Shown here: one piece after another, positions 9,248 to 22,648 of the stretch
Layout of the letters: every line of letters starts with the position of its first letter
Numbering within the stretch: the stretch's first letter is position 1
Source: Selaginella moellendorffii
Taxonomy: Eukaryota; Plantae; Lycopodiophyta
NCBI RefSeq assembly: GCF_000143415.4
Contig: NW_003314264.1
Coordinates: 1,931,710-1,995,709 of the forward strand
Direction of reading: 5' to 3'
Length of the DNA: 64,000 nucleotides
Made by a program: the position numbers and the translations under genes
Notes under the pieces: generated by a model
What the model was told of the DNA's origin: nothing
What the model saw: only the letters and a program-made list of their open reading frames with translations
The model's database searches: none

Positions 9248-12200
9248 TTATCTCTTGCGCTTAGTACCACTCCCCTTGCCTTTGCTTGCCGAGGCACTCG
9301 GAGTGGTAGCCTTTCCTCTGGTCTGCTTAGTTTTACTAGCACTACCATTACGCTTAGCTGCAGAAAGATTGTAATATTAGTACGCGTCCTAAGTTTTAGG
9401 TAGCTCACCTCCACTGAAATTTTCGCCTACAACATTAACTTCATACCCCGCCTTTGCCATCTTCAGTGCATCTGGAGAAAGCCAATCAGAACCATTGAAA
9501 CTGAAACTCAGAGACAAACCTAGGCCGCTTTCCTTGTTCTCAACTTCGTCCACTTCCTCGTCAGCTTCGTCTAAAAGCTCCATTAGCACAAACTACGATG
9601 TAAAACCTTCCAACGTACCTTCATCCTCTTCTTGTTTGAGTACTTCATCCCCCTCTGCATCGTCTTCCGGTGTGACAAGTCGAGCCTTCTTCTTCGAAAC
9701 TTTCTTCTGGCCCGGAAATACAGAAGGCAAGAGGTCGGCGGTTTTCACACGCCGGGATTGAAGACTTTGGGTAAATCCTCTTGTAAGTGCTGCTTTTACT
9801 GCTGGAAGAACTCCCTCCAACGGGTCAGGACGCCCCTGAAACGCCACACTTGAGCACACAGAGTAACTCTCAAGAACATACTACCTCGAACTTAGTGATA
9901 TCCAGAATCGTGTCCATGTCCCCTTGAGTCAGCGAGTATTCCTCCATGACATCAATCACAGCTCGTACTGCATCGCTCTGCAATCGAAACATATATGTTC
10001 AACATATAACTCCTATAAGTCATAGCTTTGAACCTTGTCCATGATACGTAATGGTTGAGTCAATTGCGTACTTAAAACTGGGAAATAATCTAGCCGCAAG
10101 TCCCTCCTGAAAATCACACGGTCAGAGTCACGTTTTTTCAAGACAACTAAATACCGAGTAGGCTCGCCAATACGAGAGCAAAGCACGTGCGCGTGAACAT
10201 CTTCTAGCAAACGGGTTTTCTTGCCAAACGTGGAGTTTTTACCAAGCCAGCCCCCAAATCTATTGAAGTTTCGTTCCCCCTACAAACAGGTGACTGAGAA
10301 ACTCCGGTTCAAGTAGCAAAATTCTAATTATGAAATGACTGTACCTGAGTAAGCACTTCCCTTTTCCCATGCATAAGGGAAGCACTGCACGATAGAAACT
10401 CACATAAAAATTAAAGCAGACAATATTAACATCTACTTACGGAATGATAGAAGACATGAAAGCACTTGACCGAGAGAGTTGCCATTGCCGAAACCTTCGA
10501 ATTTGAACATTTAGAATGTCAGCACTCGCTATACTTGTAGCCGCCTGAGCAAGAAGATCCATACGAGCTGTTCCATTGGCGTCTCGCCCAGCACCAGATG
10601 GTACAAAATTTAGATAATTTTCCTGGTTGAACGCAAATAATCACAGTCGAGCTTCAGGCAAGCAGTTAGTTACCTGTATAATAAGTGGAACCAAATCCAT
10701 GTCCGACATTGCCAGGTCTATTCTGTCGTCCATTTTCAGCCTGCCTCCCTCAAATCCCATTAATCTAACAAGAGAGTAAATGTCAGCCAATGCATAACGA
10801 AAACACGACCTACTTGTCAACCGCAGAAAACGGGCTGATATCTTCGTCTTTCCCACTGGCCACTGCGTACTGTTTGATATCATCATACTTCAAAACACTT
10901 GTATGCAAGCTCATGTATTGAAGCTGATTCAGAGCGAGCCGCATATCCCCGTGGGTACGTTCTGATAGTTCCTCGAGTGCTATCTGCAGAGGTGACAACC
11001 GGTAAGAACTGGAATTGATTTTCAATGGATTACCGTATCAATGTTTAGCTTTTCTGAACGTGCAATATCTTGGAGTCTTTTAGCCATCTGAAACATGAAG
11101 TCAATCAACACTGAATAACAGCAATGCTTTCACAGTACCTGTTGTTTAGTGGGTTTCCTGTACGACAATAAAAGACAATAGTTGACGAGGCTTTTCAGCT
11201 TTTGACTGTAGCGATCATTGCAGATACAGATGATCGGAACTTTGCTGATCTTGATACTTGCAATAAGATCTGCTACTCCACCACGATCACCCGCCGACAT
11301 GCCGTCAACTTCATCCATAATAAGTACCGATTGTTTTCCCGCCCTGTAACACGTGCACAGAGTTATAATCTTGTAAAGCCCTTTTGATATCGTACCAGCC
11401 TCCCAGAGATGCATTGCTGACCATTTCTTTCACGGCGTTGGACGTAGAGCCTCCTATTCCTCTTACTATTTTAGAATCTGCTTTACCACGACTATCACTT
11501 GCATTTACCTGTAAAGAAGAGTAAGAAAATGACCTTCAGAACTATAGCAAGACAGACCTCTACAGCTTCATATCCCAGCTCTTCGCATAGAAGCCTAGCA
11601 GTTGTAGTTTTTCCAATGCCAGGTGGCCCGCACAGAAGCACAGCCTTCTTTGAAGCACTGCTGCTGGCAGCCTTCTTACCTTTGGCACTTGCAGCCACAG
11701 CGTTGTTGTTTTTCTCCCAGTCTGAGAGCCAGTCTTTTAGTTGTTTTACCTGTGCCAGGCACGTGAATCAAACATTGTTCCGAATAAAGAGTTGAGATAC
11801 TTACAATGGACTGATTTGCAATAATATCAGCAGTTGTTTTTGGTTTGTGCTTAAATGGCCACGTTTCTTCTTCAGTCACTCCAGCTCGACTTGACTGCGG
11901 CGCTGATGCTAATCCTTTTGAAGGTGAGATCTTTGGAGGCGGCTGTTTCTCTTCCACTTTCGGCTTCTTGTCTACGTGCAGTTGCGCACTAGTTCCTGTG
12001 AAATACGCAAAGAAAACTTATTGCGCACTATATGAAGCAAGTAATTACCTTCTGCTGGGCGCTTCGCAGGTACTTTCGAAGGCGAATCAGCCTTTGGTTT
12101 TGACGCACGAATTTTGTCAAAGAGGCCATCCTCGGTAATAAATGGAGTTCTGCAAAGACGTCTAGCGATGAGTAGCTCAGAAGAGAGATGAAACACTCAC

Positions 12201-13046
12201 CCCAAGTCATGAGCCTTCTTGGACTTTTGACCCCCTACATCTTCATCCGCAAGTAAGAAACTCTGCAATGCCTCAGCTCTATTTCATTAATCTAAGACAT
12301 CCTCAAAACGCACCGTTTTCTTGCTGACCGCAGACGTCACTCGACCACCATGTCTCTTGATCAGATCTTCAGCTTCTTCGCGCTCGAGACTGTCCAGTGT
12401 TCCACTGATAACAAACGTAAGACCAGCCAACGCATTCTCGGCTCCCTCTGGAACTTCCTACATTCTCAAAAGTAATGAATACCACCACCAAGAAAAAACT
12501 AGGAGAAAGAAGCATGCTTTACCTTCTCTCCTTTGTGTGGAGGCGCCTCTCGAGCACCAAAGTTGAAGTTTCCACGACCACCTCCTCGGCCTCTACCGCC
12601 GGCTGGCTTTTCACCCGCAGCACCCCTCCCTCTCCCTCGTCCACGGCCTCCTTTTGGAGAAACTTCCGCCACGGAATCATCCTTGGATACGTCAGCTTGC
12701 GCTGGCTTCTCACTCACGCTATCGCTCTTTGGTCTACCACGTCCCCGGCCCTTAGGAGGGGCCTCCTTCTCATCCTTGGTTGATTGCGCTGGTTCCTCGC
12801 TCACAACCTCCTTTGCTTTACCTCTTCCTCTCTTGCCCTTTGGCGAGATTTCTTCCTTGGCAGCTGCTGGCTTGTCGCTCTTGGCTGCTCTTCCCTTGGC
12901 CGGCTCTTTCGCATCGCTCGATTGCTGCTGCTGCTCTTCCCCCTTCTTTTGATGCGGCTTCAAGAGCCACTTCCGGAGATCGCCAGACTGCCAGGCCAAG
13001 AGCACACGATTCGAATCAGAGAGAAAGAGATCGCCTTTCTTACCAT
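9248..13046 (-). CDS. RFC1: Replication factor C subunit 1, multi-exon
   Basis: ATG-only first coding exon, then SGDLRKW; BRCT ([24 protein letters not shown]), Walker [10 protein letters not shown], Walker [15 protein letters not shown]; C-terminus KRKR*. Confidence 0.97.
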
Positions 13047-13073
13047 CGCGATTCGCGACTACGCGCTCCGCAT

Positions 13074-13082
13074 TTAGGGTTT
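13074..13082 (-). promoter_or_regulatory. Telo-box (AAACCCTAA) upstream of the RFC1 start codon
   Basis: Exact motif about 30 nt upstream of the ATG. Telo-boxes are common in plant replication and translation genes. Confidence 0.55.
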
Positions 13083-13359
13083 AAGCTAGGGCTTAGGTGT
13101 AGTATCTTTCGCGAATATCCCAAGCTCTGTCTCGTGGTTAGACCATAAACGTTAAAAGCCTCACGATTTCAAATGGGCGTTTAAGCGGGAGTTTGTCAAC
13201 GCGGCGCGTGACTTGACGTCCGTCAAGTCTAAACGGCAGAAAGGCTATAGAGTAAATAACACACTCAGAACTTTAGGGTTCTTGAGAGCGCTCTCTCTTC
13301 TTCTTCCCGGCTTCCCAGATTTCCCTCTTGCGCGTAGCCTGGTGCTCTAGGCAGGCACA

Positions 13360-14539
13360 ATGATCGGATCGTTCGCGACGCGGGGGATAACGTGAGCTCG
13401 CTTTCTTTTGTTTTTATTTCCTTCCCGGACTGAGCGATCCGTGCAGGATGTTCGTGGGGTACCTCTATCCCGCCTACGAATGCTTCAAGGTCGTGGAGCA
13501 GCGGAGACCCAGCGTGGAGAGCCTCAGATTTTGGTGCCAGTACTGGTGAGAAGAATTCGAATTCCGGCACTGTGTGATTCTTGAGTCGGTCCCTCTTCCA
13601 GGATTCTCATCGCCTTGGTCACTGTGATGGAGAGATTTGCTGACACTTTCATTTCGTGGTAAGCACGGTTATTTGTTTTCTTCAGCGGTCAGTCAGAGTT
13701 TTTGTCCCGCTTTGCAGGATTCCGATGTACCAGGAAGCTAAGCTCGCATTCATCATCTACCTCTTTTATGCAAGAAGGGTAAGCAAATTTTCTTCCAAAG
13801 GTTTCCTTAGATTCACAATTCTCCTCTTCCAGGGAACGGCATACATTTACACCACATTCTTGAGACCTTACGTTGCGAGCCACGAGTCCGAGATCGATCA
13901 GCACCTAAACGAGCTAAGAACCAGAGCTCTTGACTTCGTGGCTGCGTACTGGGAGAGGAGCTCAGCGTTTATGCAAACCAAGTTCTTCGAGATCCTCCAG
14001 TACATTGTTGCTCAGGGCCATAGGACAGCAGCTGCACAGCCCCCGCCACCACCGCCACCGCCACCTCCTGCTCAGGTAATTCTCAAGGATTGTTGAGGAG
14101 TTTATCAGAAACTGATGACTCAAACTTCTCTCTTTTTTAGGATCCTCCTCCTCCTCCCGGCAATTATCCGCCGCCTCCTCAAGTTCCTATCCGACCAACT
14201 GGAGCGTTTTATCCGCCTGCGCTGCCTCCTGGCTACGAGGCATCAGCTCCTCCAGCTCCAGCAGCTCCACCCGCAGCAAATTTCGGGCCAGCGGCAGCGG
14301 ACGCTGGATACAATCCTGGCTTTTATCCTCGCTTTCCAATGGTTCAAAGTCCGCCTGTAGCTCCACAGAACCTGCATACGGTGATCCGCGAGCCCATTGA
14401 TCTGGAGGAAGAGGAAGAAGAGATTGTGATGAGGCCAAATGGCAATGCCGCTGGGGCGGTAGCATCATCTTCGTCAGCTGCCAGGTACATGACAAGGAGC
14501 AGGCAGCGAGCGACTGCCAGCGGTAATCGAGCTCGGTAA
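13360..14539 (+). CDS. HVA22-like (TB2/DP1) protein with a proline-rich C-terminal tail
   Basis: MIGSF..GYLYPAYECFK..LRFWCQYW|ILIA..|IPMYQEAKLAFIIYL..|GTAYIYTTFLRPY. Confidence 0.93.
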
Positions 14540-15065
14540 GAAGCAGAAAGCATTTTTGGGAGCTGGCATGTACAGGGATTGTTTCTTTTTTTTGCTCGCC
14601 TTATAACTTTTTGCCTTCGCAAGCACGCAGGCAAGAAGATCTGTACACATTTAATCATTCCTGCAAAGCAAACTTAGTTTTCTCGCCCATCAGTTTGGTG
14701 ACAAGTCGAGGTCAGCCAGCCTTGTCTCTGTATCTCTGCTTGGTTTCCAGGTTCTTCTTTAATAATGGTGCTGGCAAAAGTATGACCGTGTCGATAGAAC
14801 CTGGGAGCACTGTTGAAGCACGAGGAGAACTATGTTGGAAGAAGACACAAGACTTTTTCGTAAAGGTTGGATTTCTAAGAAGCTACGAGCTTTTTTGATT
14901 AAGCTCAATGTGCTCACTCTTTTGGATTGTTCCATGCAGCAGCTTCCTCCACAGGCTCGTGGCAGCATTTAGCGGTGAGTCTATCTTTGCTAGTTTCTGA
15001 CTTTGATTTTCTACAGCTTATTAGTGACAACAAAATAGTGATACCGCCACCCATAGACGAGCACG

Positions 15066-16315
15066 CTATAACTTTTGGCTAACTTCTTCTTGTAGAACAT
15101 GAAGCAGCATTTGGTTCCACATATCGATTGGCCCTGGTAAGCACCAGTGCAGGCAGTCGTGGACTACGAGATCCTCCTGACCTCTGTATCTCCCAGGATG
15201 TCCATCTGGCCTCAAGAACATACTCCTGGTGATGTCGATGATCCTGAACTTGGCGCGGCTTTTTCTGGTAAGCACCTCCCTTGACGCTTCAAGTTGTAAT
15301 CTCCTCATCTCGCTTGGCGTCCAAGTGACTTCACTGCTCTGGTTTGCTGTGGGCTTGGTCTTGTTACAGGTGCCACCCGAGTTCCACTGCCCGTGCTCAT
15401 AGTGCGACATTGCTTCCGTCCGGAGGATCAGCAGGCCACTGAAGCCGGCACTGTGAAGCACATATTCCAACGCGCTTGCAAACGCCATCTTTAGTCCATA
15501 TGTGAACTTCACGTCTGGTAAGCTGCTGTGTGGAAGCTGCTCATTGCGTCCAACTGTGGTGTTCTTGACGTAATAGATGCTTGGCCGGAAGAACCACTGT
15601 CCTGCGGAGATGACCACGATGTCGTACGAGGAAACCTCCGAGGCCCAAACCGCTTCTGGAGTGTCGAGGTGGATCTCAAAGGCCTGGGAGGTTCTCCGGT
15701 GCTGGACGAGCAGCGGCGACCAGAGGATCGCGAGAACGAAGCCGTGAGAGGGGAACTCGAGCTTGATATCCTTACGTCCTCGCGCGTAGAGCTCGCGGGG
15801 CGTCTCTACCTAGAACACTAGAAAGATCGAGAGGTTGTGTAGCAGAAACGAAATTTCTACCTGTGATAGGGAGCACAAGAGCGACTGGTGGTGATTCCGG
15901 GCCAGCGAGTCTCCAAGGAACAGTAGCTTCTTACCTCTCACTAAACTCAAGTAGAGGCTGGGATCGAAATGTGGCAGCTCGCAACTATCCGGTTTCCATC
16001 GCCACTTAAGGTACTCGTTATCTGGTCTTCCATTCTTCTCGCAATTTTGAGCTGGTTGGATGAACTCGCAGGTCCCGTTTGTGTACAGAGGACGTCCTGT
16101 TGGATCTCGTATCCACTTCCCATGGGAGAGATCACACTCTGTTTGTGAGCATTAAATTTTCGCTTTTGTCCATTGCTGTTTGTCTTCTTACCTTCATGTT
16201 TGGTTGTAGGATCCCAAAGTAGGCTCTTGTAGGTGATGAACCACGCTGGACAAATGAAAACGATTAGTCCTGTGAACCTGGAAAGTAGAGTTGGAACCGA
16301 TCTTTTGGCTCTCAT
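15066..16315 (-). CDS. Trichome birefringence-like (TBL) polysaccharide O-acetyltransferase
   Basis: N-terminal TM segment, PMR5N region (NCEKNGRPD..WRWKP..CELP), GDS motif, DCLHWCLPGPID.WN. Start codon uncertain. Confidence 0.93.
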
Positions 16316-18189
16316 TCGCTTGTGTGGAGTTTACGGGGGATTTTGAGAAAAAAGAGAAAAAAGAGAAGACGAAGAATGTGGTCGTTTGGATGTTGGCATC
16401 CGTTTCAGGAGGCAAGTCATTCTCCTTCGTAGTGGGGCTTTCTCTTTCTTTGGAAATTCTCTTTGGAAATTTCTAACCCTGCTGACAATAAAGTGATGCA
16501 TTCAAAAATTATAAATACAATAACACTTTAATTTGCAGCACAATAATTTGGTTTGCTTTGTTTGTGTGAAAGTTCTGTTCTTTGTGGTTTGTAGGTGAAC
16601 CCTAACTGAAGCCGACACAACGGGAACTGCTGATGTGTCAAGTGGAGGGGTGACAGCGATGTGTCCATGAATGTGAGACGATCCCTATTAGACTGCTACA
16701 ATGTTCCTCATTTTACTGACAAAGACAACATAAGTTCTAATTATCCATCTCAGGACTGTAATACTAAACTTACATACTAATCTATGTGGAAAAATTTCCA
16801 GCTTTTAAATTTGTTATTATGTATTTTCAGTTTCAGTTTGGGAAAACAACTGGAACAAACTATTTGATGATTGCATTTAAGGCACAACTCCAAAGCAGCA
16901 CTTCCTATGATCTATATCATTATGCCACTATTAGACTGTAATCCATGCAAATAAATAGTTTACTAACTCACCCAAAATGCCCCATGTCTTCTCATTTTAA
17001 TACACTTAAATTAATCTTTTTAAAGATTATTATAAAATACCTTATAGATGGAGTAATAGAACAACAGTAAAGGCAAGTTTGAAGTTCTTTTTTAGCACTT
17101 AGAACTTGGAAAGTGGTGTTTGAAGGAAGTGGGATGAAGAGAAATTATCATATAATGATATGAAGGGATTAATGCCAAATATGTGAGGGTTCTTGTTAAG
17201 GTAATGGAAGATAGACAAGATGGTTTAAGATTTTAACCCTATATCTTACCTATAGTGAATTATCATATGGTAGCCACAAAGCAAAATTTAACTTTTGGAC
17301 ATGTGTGCTAAGGGCAATAGAATTTAAGGGTCGTGGGCCATTAAACAAAGGGATAGAACCAAATAAGAACATGAAATAAAATTGGAATAGTTTTAGAGCT
17401 TTCAACATCCCAATGCTAAGACTAACACATAAAACAAAGTTAAATAGAATTTAATGCTATTTTAGTATTAGAAAATATATACTCCATTAGCAAATATTTG
17501 AATATTTGAAATAGAAGTGCTTTGTACAACATTGTAACAAGTTGCACTACCTACAGACCTATTGTGTTTCCTCCTAATATTTTTGTAAATCCTAGCTTAT
17601 TAAAATGAGAACCTTAATTGACTTCTATCTTTTCAAGAGGAAGGGATGGTATAAAGTCTATATATGTATGGGTATAATGCTATATACTATTAATTGTGTA
17701 GTTTGATTCTAATAGCTTTTGAATTGGTTTTAATTTGGACCACTCATTTTTGCATATAAGCTAGGGTTTTTAAGCTAATAATATATTTATTTTTCTCACT
17801 TCTATACTTTAAAATAGAATTTTTATATAGATATCTTATGGAAGGTTCTAAGATTGACAGATTTAATAATATAATAGACATAGTTAATATCTACATATGG
17901 GCTATGCCAATATCCACATACAAAAAAATAAATTTTCTTTTCTTTATTATACTAGAATTATCATTGTCATAATATGTGTAAATAGTTATATATAATAAAG
18001 AATAGTAAATAAATTTAGAACTATGTTTATTGTATTATTACATCTATCAATATAAAATTGATCTACAATTAGTACTTAGAAATTCATAAAATGTACTATT
18101 TTAAAGTATATAATAAATTTTCTGCATGTTGCATGCAAGAATGCTTGGTTTGTTTAATAGTAGTGTCATTGAATAATCCAATAGACATA

Positions 18190-18392
18190 GTTAATTTATA
18201 ATTTATAAATCAAGATTAATATTATTGTTTATTAACCACTTGATGGTAGAATAAAAATGAATATACTAAGAAGTGTTTAGGAAAGTTTGTAAATTGTAAA
18301 TATGTTTATAAATTATAAATACAAGATTAATTTAAATGAATAACAACCGTTAGATAGTAGAATATTCTAGAATATCCATGTATATTCTAGGT
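18190..18392 (-). repeat. AT-rich dispersed repeat, copy 1 (inverted relative to the copies near 49.0 and 55.2 kb)
   Basis: Reverse complement contains ctaacggttgttattcatttaaattaatcttgtatttataatttataaa, shared with about 49010 and 55180. Confidence 0.8.
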
Positions 18393-18801
18393 ATATCCTC
18401 TACCAACAGGTATTTCTTAAGCAAACCAAACATTAGTATATAATCATGCTATTATACTAATGAATCATCCTTAATATTTATTTGTCATCTCAACAAATTA
18501 GAATAGCAACATTGCCAAATCATTTTTTCTGATGCATATATAGATATAATTCTAATGTCCATGAGAATGTTGCCTATTATTGGAGGTATTTGTAATGACA
18601 CTAAATGTCAATTGGTGGTGTTGTATGTTTTAAACAATCAATCACATACTCTAGTGAGTATGTAATTGAACATGCCTGCATTATATATTTATACATATGT
18701 GGATTTATTTTTTTACTTTGAGTTGCATATAAAATTATTATACACACAATCACTTTATGATTGCTATATAAGCAATCAAAACATGATTGTATGTATAATC
18801 T

Positions 18802-19430
18802 TTTTGTTATGAGAGCATGGGGCATGACACTTTAGATTGTCATATAAGACTAATGCCACATCATCTCAGACAATATAACATAACCACAAATCTAATGAAG
18901 GTTTTTTATCTCCTTGTATTATTGAGTGCAAATTTGTAATCTTTTGATTGTGATCATCTCTCTCATTTCATTTCACATGGCTATGGCTCATCTCTTATAT
19001 TTTTGAGGTATATTTCAATTGTAACATACCCTAAGTGATTCAATCACTATTGCATATGCCTTGAGTTTAGTCAAAACGAGACTAGTGCAAACTTGTTTAA
19101 ATTAATGACACAAACCACAGAAATATTCTAAGAATATTCTATGGCCTATTGCCTTAAGGGTTGTAGCCTAGGGTTTGCTCCTTGTCATTTCATTGGTATC
19201 GAAATGGTGGCATATACAATATTTTTGTTATGAGATATCCGTGTATGCATGGGACATGACACCTCAAACTGCCACGCAAGACTAATGCCACATAATAATA
19301 TAACAATATAACATAACCATAAATTTAGTGAGGGTTTTTATCTCATTTTTGTGTTATTGAGTGCAAATTTGTGATCTCTTGATTATGATTATCTTTCTCC
19401 TCTCATTTCATGTGGTTATGGCTCATTTCT
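18802..19430. repeat. Two diverged direct repeats of about 190-205 bp (about 18802-18995 and 19223-19430)
   Basis: Shared aagactaatgccacat, acaatataacataacca, ttattgagtgcaaatttgt, tatggctcat. Confidence 0.85.
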
Positions 19431-19632
19431 CACATGTATAACACACTCTAATCATAGCCTTCTTGCAACATAGCACCTTAATCTATATAGTAATTGATTG
19501 ACATAGAGGAAAGCATCTCTTTAGGTGCTTGGGGCATTGAGTGTGATGGTTTTACTACAAGCAAATAGATCTTATTATAACCATGGTAAGGCATTAACTC
19601 TATTGATTTCTCACGTTTATAATCATGTGTTA

Positions 19633-19930
19633 AAGTTTTTGGCATTATAATGATTTATTGCACAAAATGCTTTTCATTACCCTCACTAAAAATGAGATCC
19701 ACATGATAAATATCTGTGAGATAACAAATCTTTACTACAAATTTTTTTGTCTCTAGACCATTGGTTCAATTTATAGGGTTTATAAGAGGGGTTTAACCAA
19801 TTAACAAAGAAAGAGTTTAAAATATATAATGGTGAGTTTTTGGCATTGTAATGATTTGTTGTGCAAAATGCTTTTCATTACCTTCACTAAGAATGAGATC
19901 CACACAATAGATATTTGTAAGATAACAATA
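19633..19930. repeat. Two direct repeats of about 95 bp (about 19633-19728 and 19835-19928)
   Basis: ttttggcatt.taatgattt..caaaatgcttttcattacc.tcactaa.aatgagatccaca occurs twice. Confidence 0.88.
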
Positions 19931-19944
19931 TATATGATCTGGTT

Positions 19945-20050
19945 AAAAATATATATATGATTAAATTGTTGTAACATACATGTGTAACACATAAAATATT
20001 TTATGTATTACACATGTATGTTACAACGATTTAATCATATATATGTTTTT
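19945..20050. repeat. Near-perfect spacerless palindrome of about 105 bp
   Basis: Arms of about 53 nt centred on aaaat|atttt (19997/19998), with about 3 mismatches. Confidence 0.95.
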
Positions 20051-20843
20051 TTTTTCATATATTTTGTAGTATTACACAGGTTTTTGCCTAGCCACCCACC
20101 CTAGGTAACCCCCCCCCCCCCAAACCCCCAAATTGCTATCACAAACTACTTGCGATACACTTACAAAAAGAGAATCACACAAAATGAATTTAAATAAAAA
20201 ACACTTAATCAATGCTAAAATATACAGCAGCATATATATCGATATTCAGATAATTTGCAAAGATAAGATTTAAATCAATAGATCATAACACAATAAGGTG
20301 CCAAACACAAGAGAAAAGAAAAAATCAAATAAAAAAGAATCCATAAAAATATTAAGGTATCAAACTCTTTTCTTCTTAAGTAATTTAGACAGAAGAAGAT
20401 ATAATTATTAAGATGAAATATAACTATGTGCTAGACTTCATAAAATTTGCTGAGGTAAATTATATTATTAAACCAAACGAAGCAATAAACAATGAAGCCA
20501 AAGATGGAAATAACCCCTATCCATAACAATTTCAAACTATTATACTCTGTTTTCATCTTTCTACAAATTCAATTCTCAAATATTTTTCAAGCACAAACAT
20601 GCATCATTTATCAATTAGACACTAAGAATATGAGTAATTTATAACATATTCATATCCCATAGAAAGTAGCAAATGAGTAGTATCAATAAATCATATCTTA
20701 TAGCACGTCCAAAACTTTGATCTAAAGATAATATAACAATAAATATTAGTATCTTTAAATATAATATATAAGCTTAAGTAAATTGATCATAATATTGTAA
20801 GAAAATGAAAAACAATCAATGTTTAAAATAAAATATAAAGTAT

Positions 20844-22346
20844 TTATTTATTCAAATGTCTTTCCCATGTGTTTACTCTTCCTTCCAAGCTTTGTAAAGG
20901 TTCCAACAGCGCCACCACCTGGTCCATACCCGGTCTGAGATGAGATTCCTTCCTTAAGCACTTGAGTGCCACAGCAGCCAGCCTTCTCATCGAGGGTAGC
21001 AGCTCTGGCTCACTCCTCAGTTCCGAGTCCACCATCTCTTGTAGCTTACTCTCCTCACGCAACAGCCTGGGAATCCATCTTGTGGAGCCATCGTTCCTTG
21101 CAAGCAGCCTCTTCATATTCTTGCTTCCAACGAGCAGCTCTAGCAGCACCAAGCCGAAGTCGGCAACATCCCTTTTGATGCACTCGTCCCATTTAGAAGA
21201 GTCCAAGGCCTGTCAAAGTAAACAAGAACGAAACTTATGGACAAAACTCAAACTGACGCATTTCCTTACCTTTGGCCTATCCAAGCCCAGACCGTAGTCC
21301 GAAAGTTTGGCATTGAAATCCTTGTCAATCAACACACTCGCAGGAGTAAGGTCTGTGTAAACAACCTGCGATATCAACGTTGAAATCTGAGACGTCAGTA
21401 TAGAGCTTGCTTGCCTGAAAGTAAGCTCTTTCGTGTAAATAAGCGAGACCTCTGGCCGCACCAAGAGCGATATTTACTCTCGTCGACCAGTAAAGAGGAC
21501 GTATATACTGGCTCTTCGAGAGCAGGACGTTCAGGCCTCCATAGTCACAGTGCTCGAACACCAAAAGCCTCTCCAGCTGCCGGTCTTTGTGCTGTGCCGA
21601 CGCACAGAACCCGATCAGTTTGCAAACGTTGGGATTTTGCATCCGTGCAATCCATTTCACCTTGGTGATCCAAGTTTCGAGGTCCTGCAAAAACTTCTGA
21701 CACAAAAGCTTAAATAGGAACTTTCAAGTACCTGAATACTGTCACGGAGCCTGAACACTGCAACTTCAATCTTCCTCTTTCCAATGTGTTGACCATCCCG
21801 AATGTGCATGAGGCACTTGTACACTTTCCCAAAGACGCCTTCCCTGATGCAGCACCCGGAAGAGAATTCCTGGCAGGCCGAATAGAGCTCCTCAAATCTG
21901 AAGCACTTCAACTTCACTCCCCATATGTCTGGTGAAATCGGCAGCGAAGAAACGTTCGTTCTTGGCACTAGAGGAGGCACCAGGCAGTCATCTTCCAATT
22001 CCTTTGGTGGGGGAGGAAGTGGCAGCGGCGTTCCTTTGAATGTCCCCTTCTCAATCAGCACATAGAGCGGCTCCCACTTTGCAAATGACTCGCAGGATCT
22101 TCTCATCGTGTTCTTCCCACCACCTTCCCAAAGAGGTAATGGATTTCTTCCTGCCAGCGGTATTGAAAGTGTGTGTCTGTGAAGCGGACGAGTTGACGTT
22201 GGTGCGTGGATCCATCGGAGGCCTGGAAAAACGGACACCTTTTGAGAACTTCTCATCAGTTCCAAGGATTTCAGGACCAACTCTGCTTCATCCTCAGTTT
22301 TCAATGAATGCCGATTCCTGTCCTTGTGAAACCAGAAGCAGCCCAT
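20844..22346 (-). CDS. Receptor-like cytoplasmic kinase, RLCK-VII-related, probable pseudokinase
   Basis: MGCFW start; EGVFGKVY, CKLIGFC, WSTRVNIALGAARGLAYLHE, IDKDFNAKLSDYGL, FGLVLLELL, RPGMDQVV. Three introns. Confidence 0.88.
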
Positions 22347-22648
22347 TCCTGCATCTAGGAGAATGAGGCACCATCAGAAACATGGAAAGGTTGAGTACCT
22401 CACTCGTAGCAGTTTGAGAACGTGGCACATAGCCTCGTGCACTGTGGTGGACCAGCGAGTTTACTAAAGTTTCTTTCATGTTGCCTAACACGCTCTGAGA
22501 AAGAAAAAAAAAAATCCCAAAAATCATGCCACAGTCCGGACGCTCTAAATAATAGTCCTGAAATATGTTCCCCATTATTTCATCAAAAGAAAAGAAAAGA
22601 ATAAAAGAATAAACTCCATGCGAGTGGTCATGAAAATAATAGAGCGAA

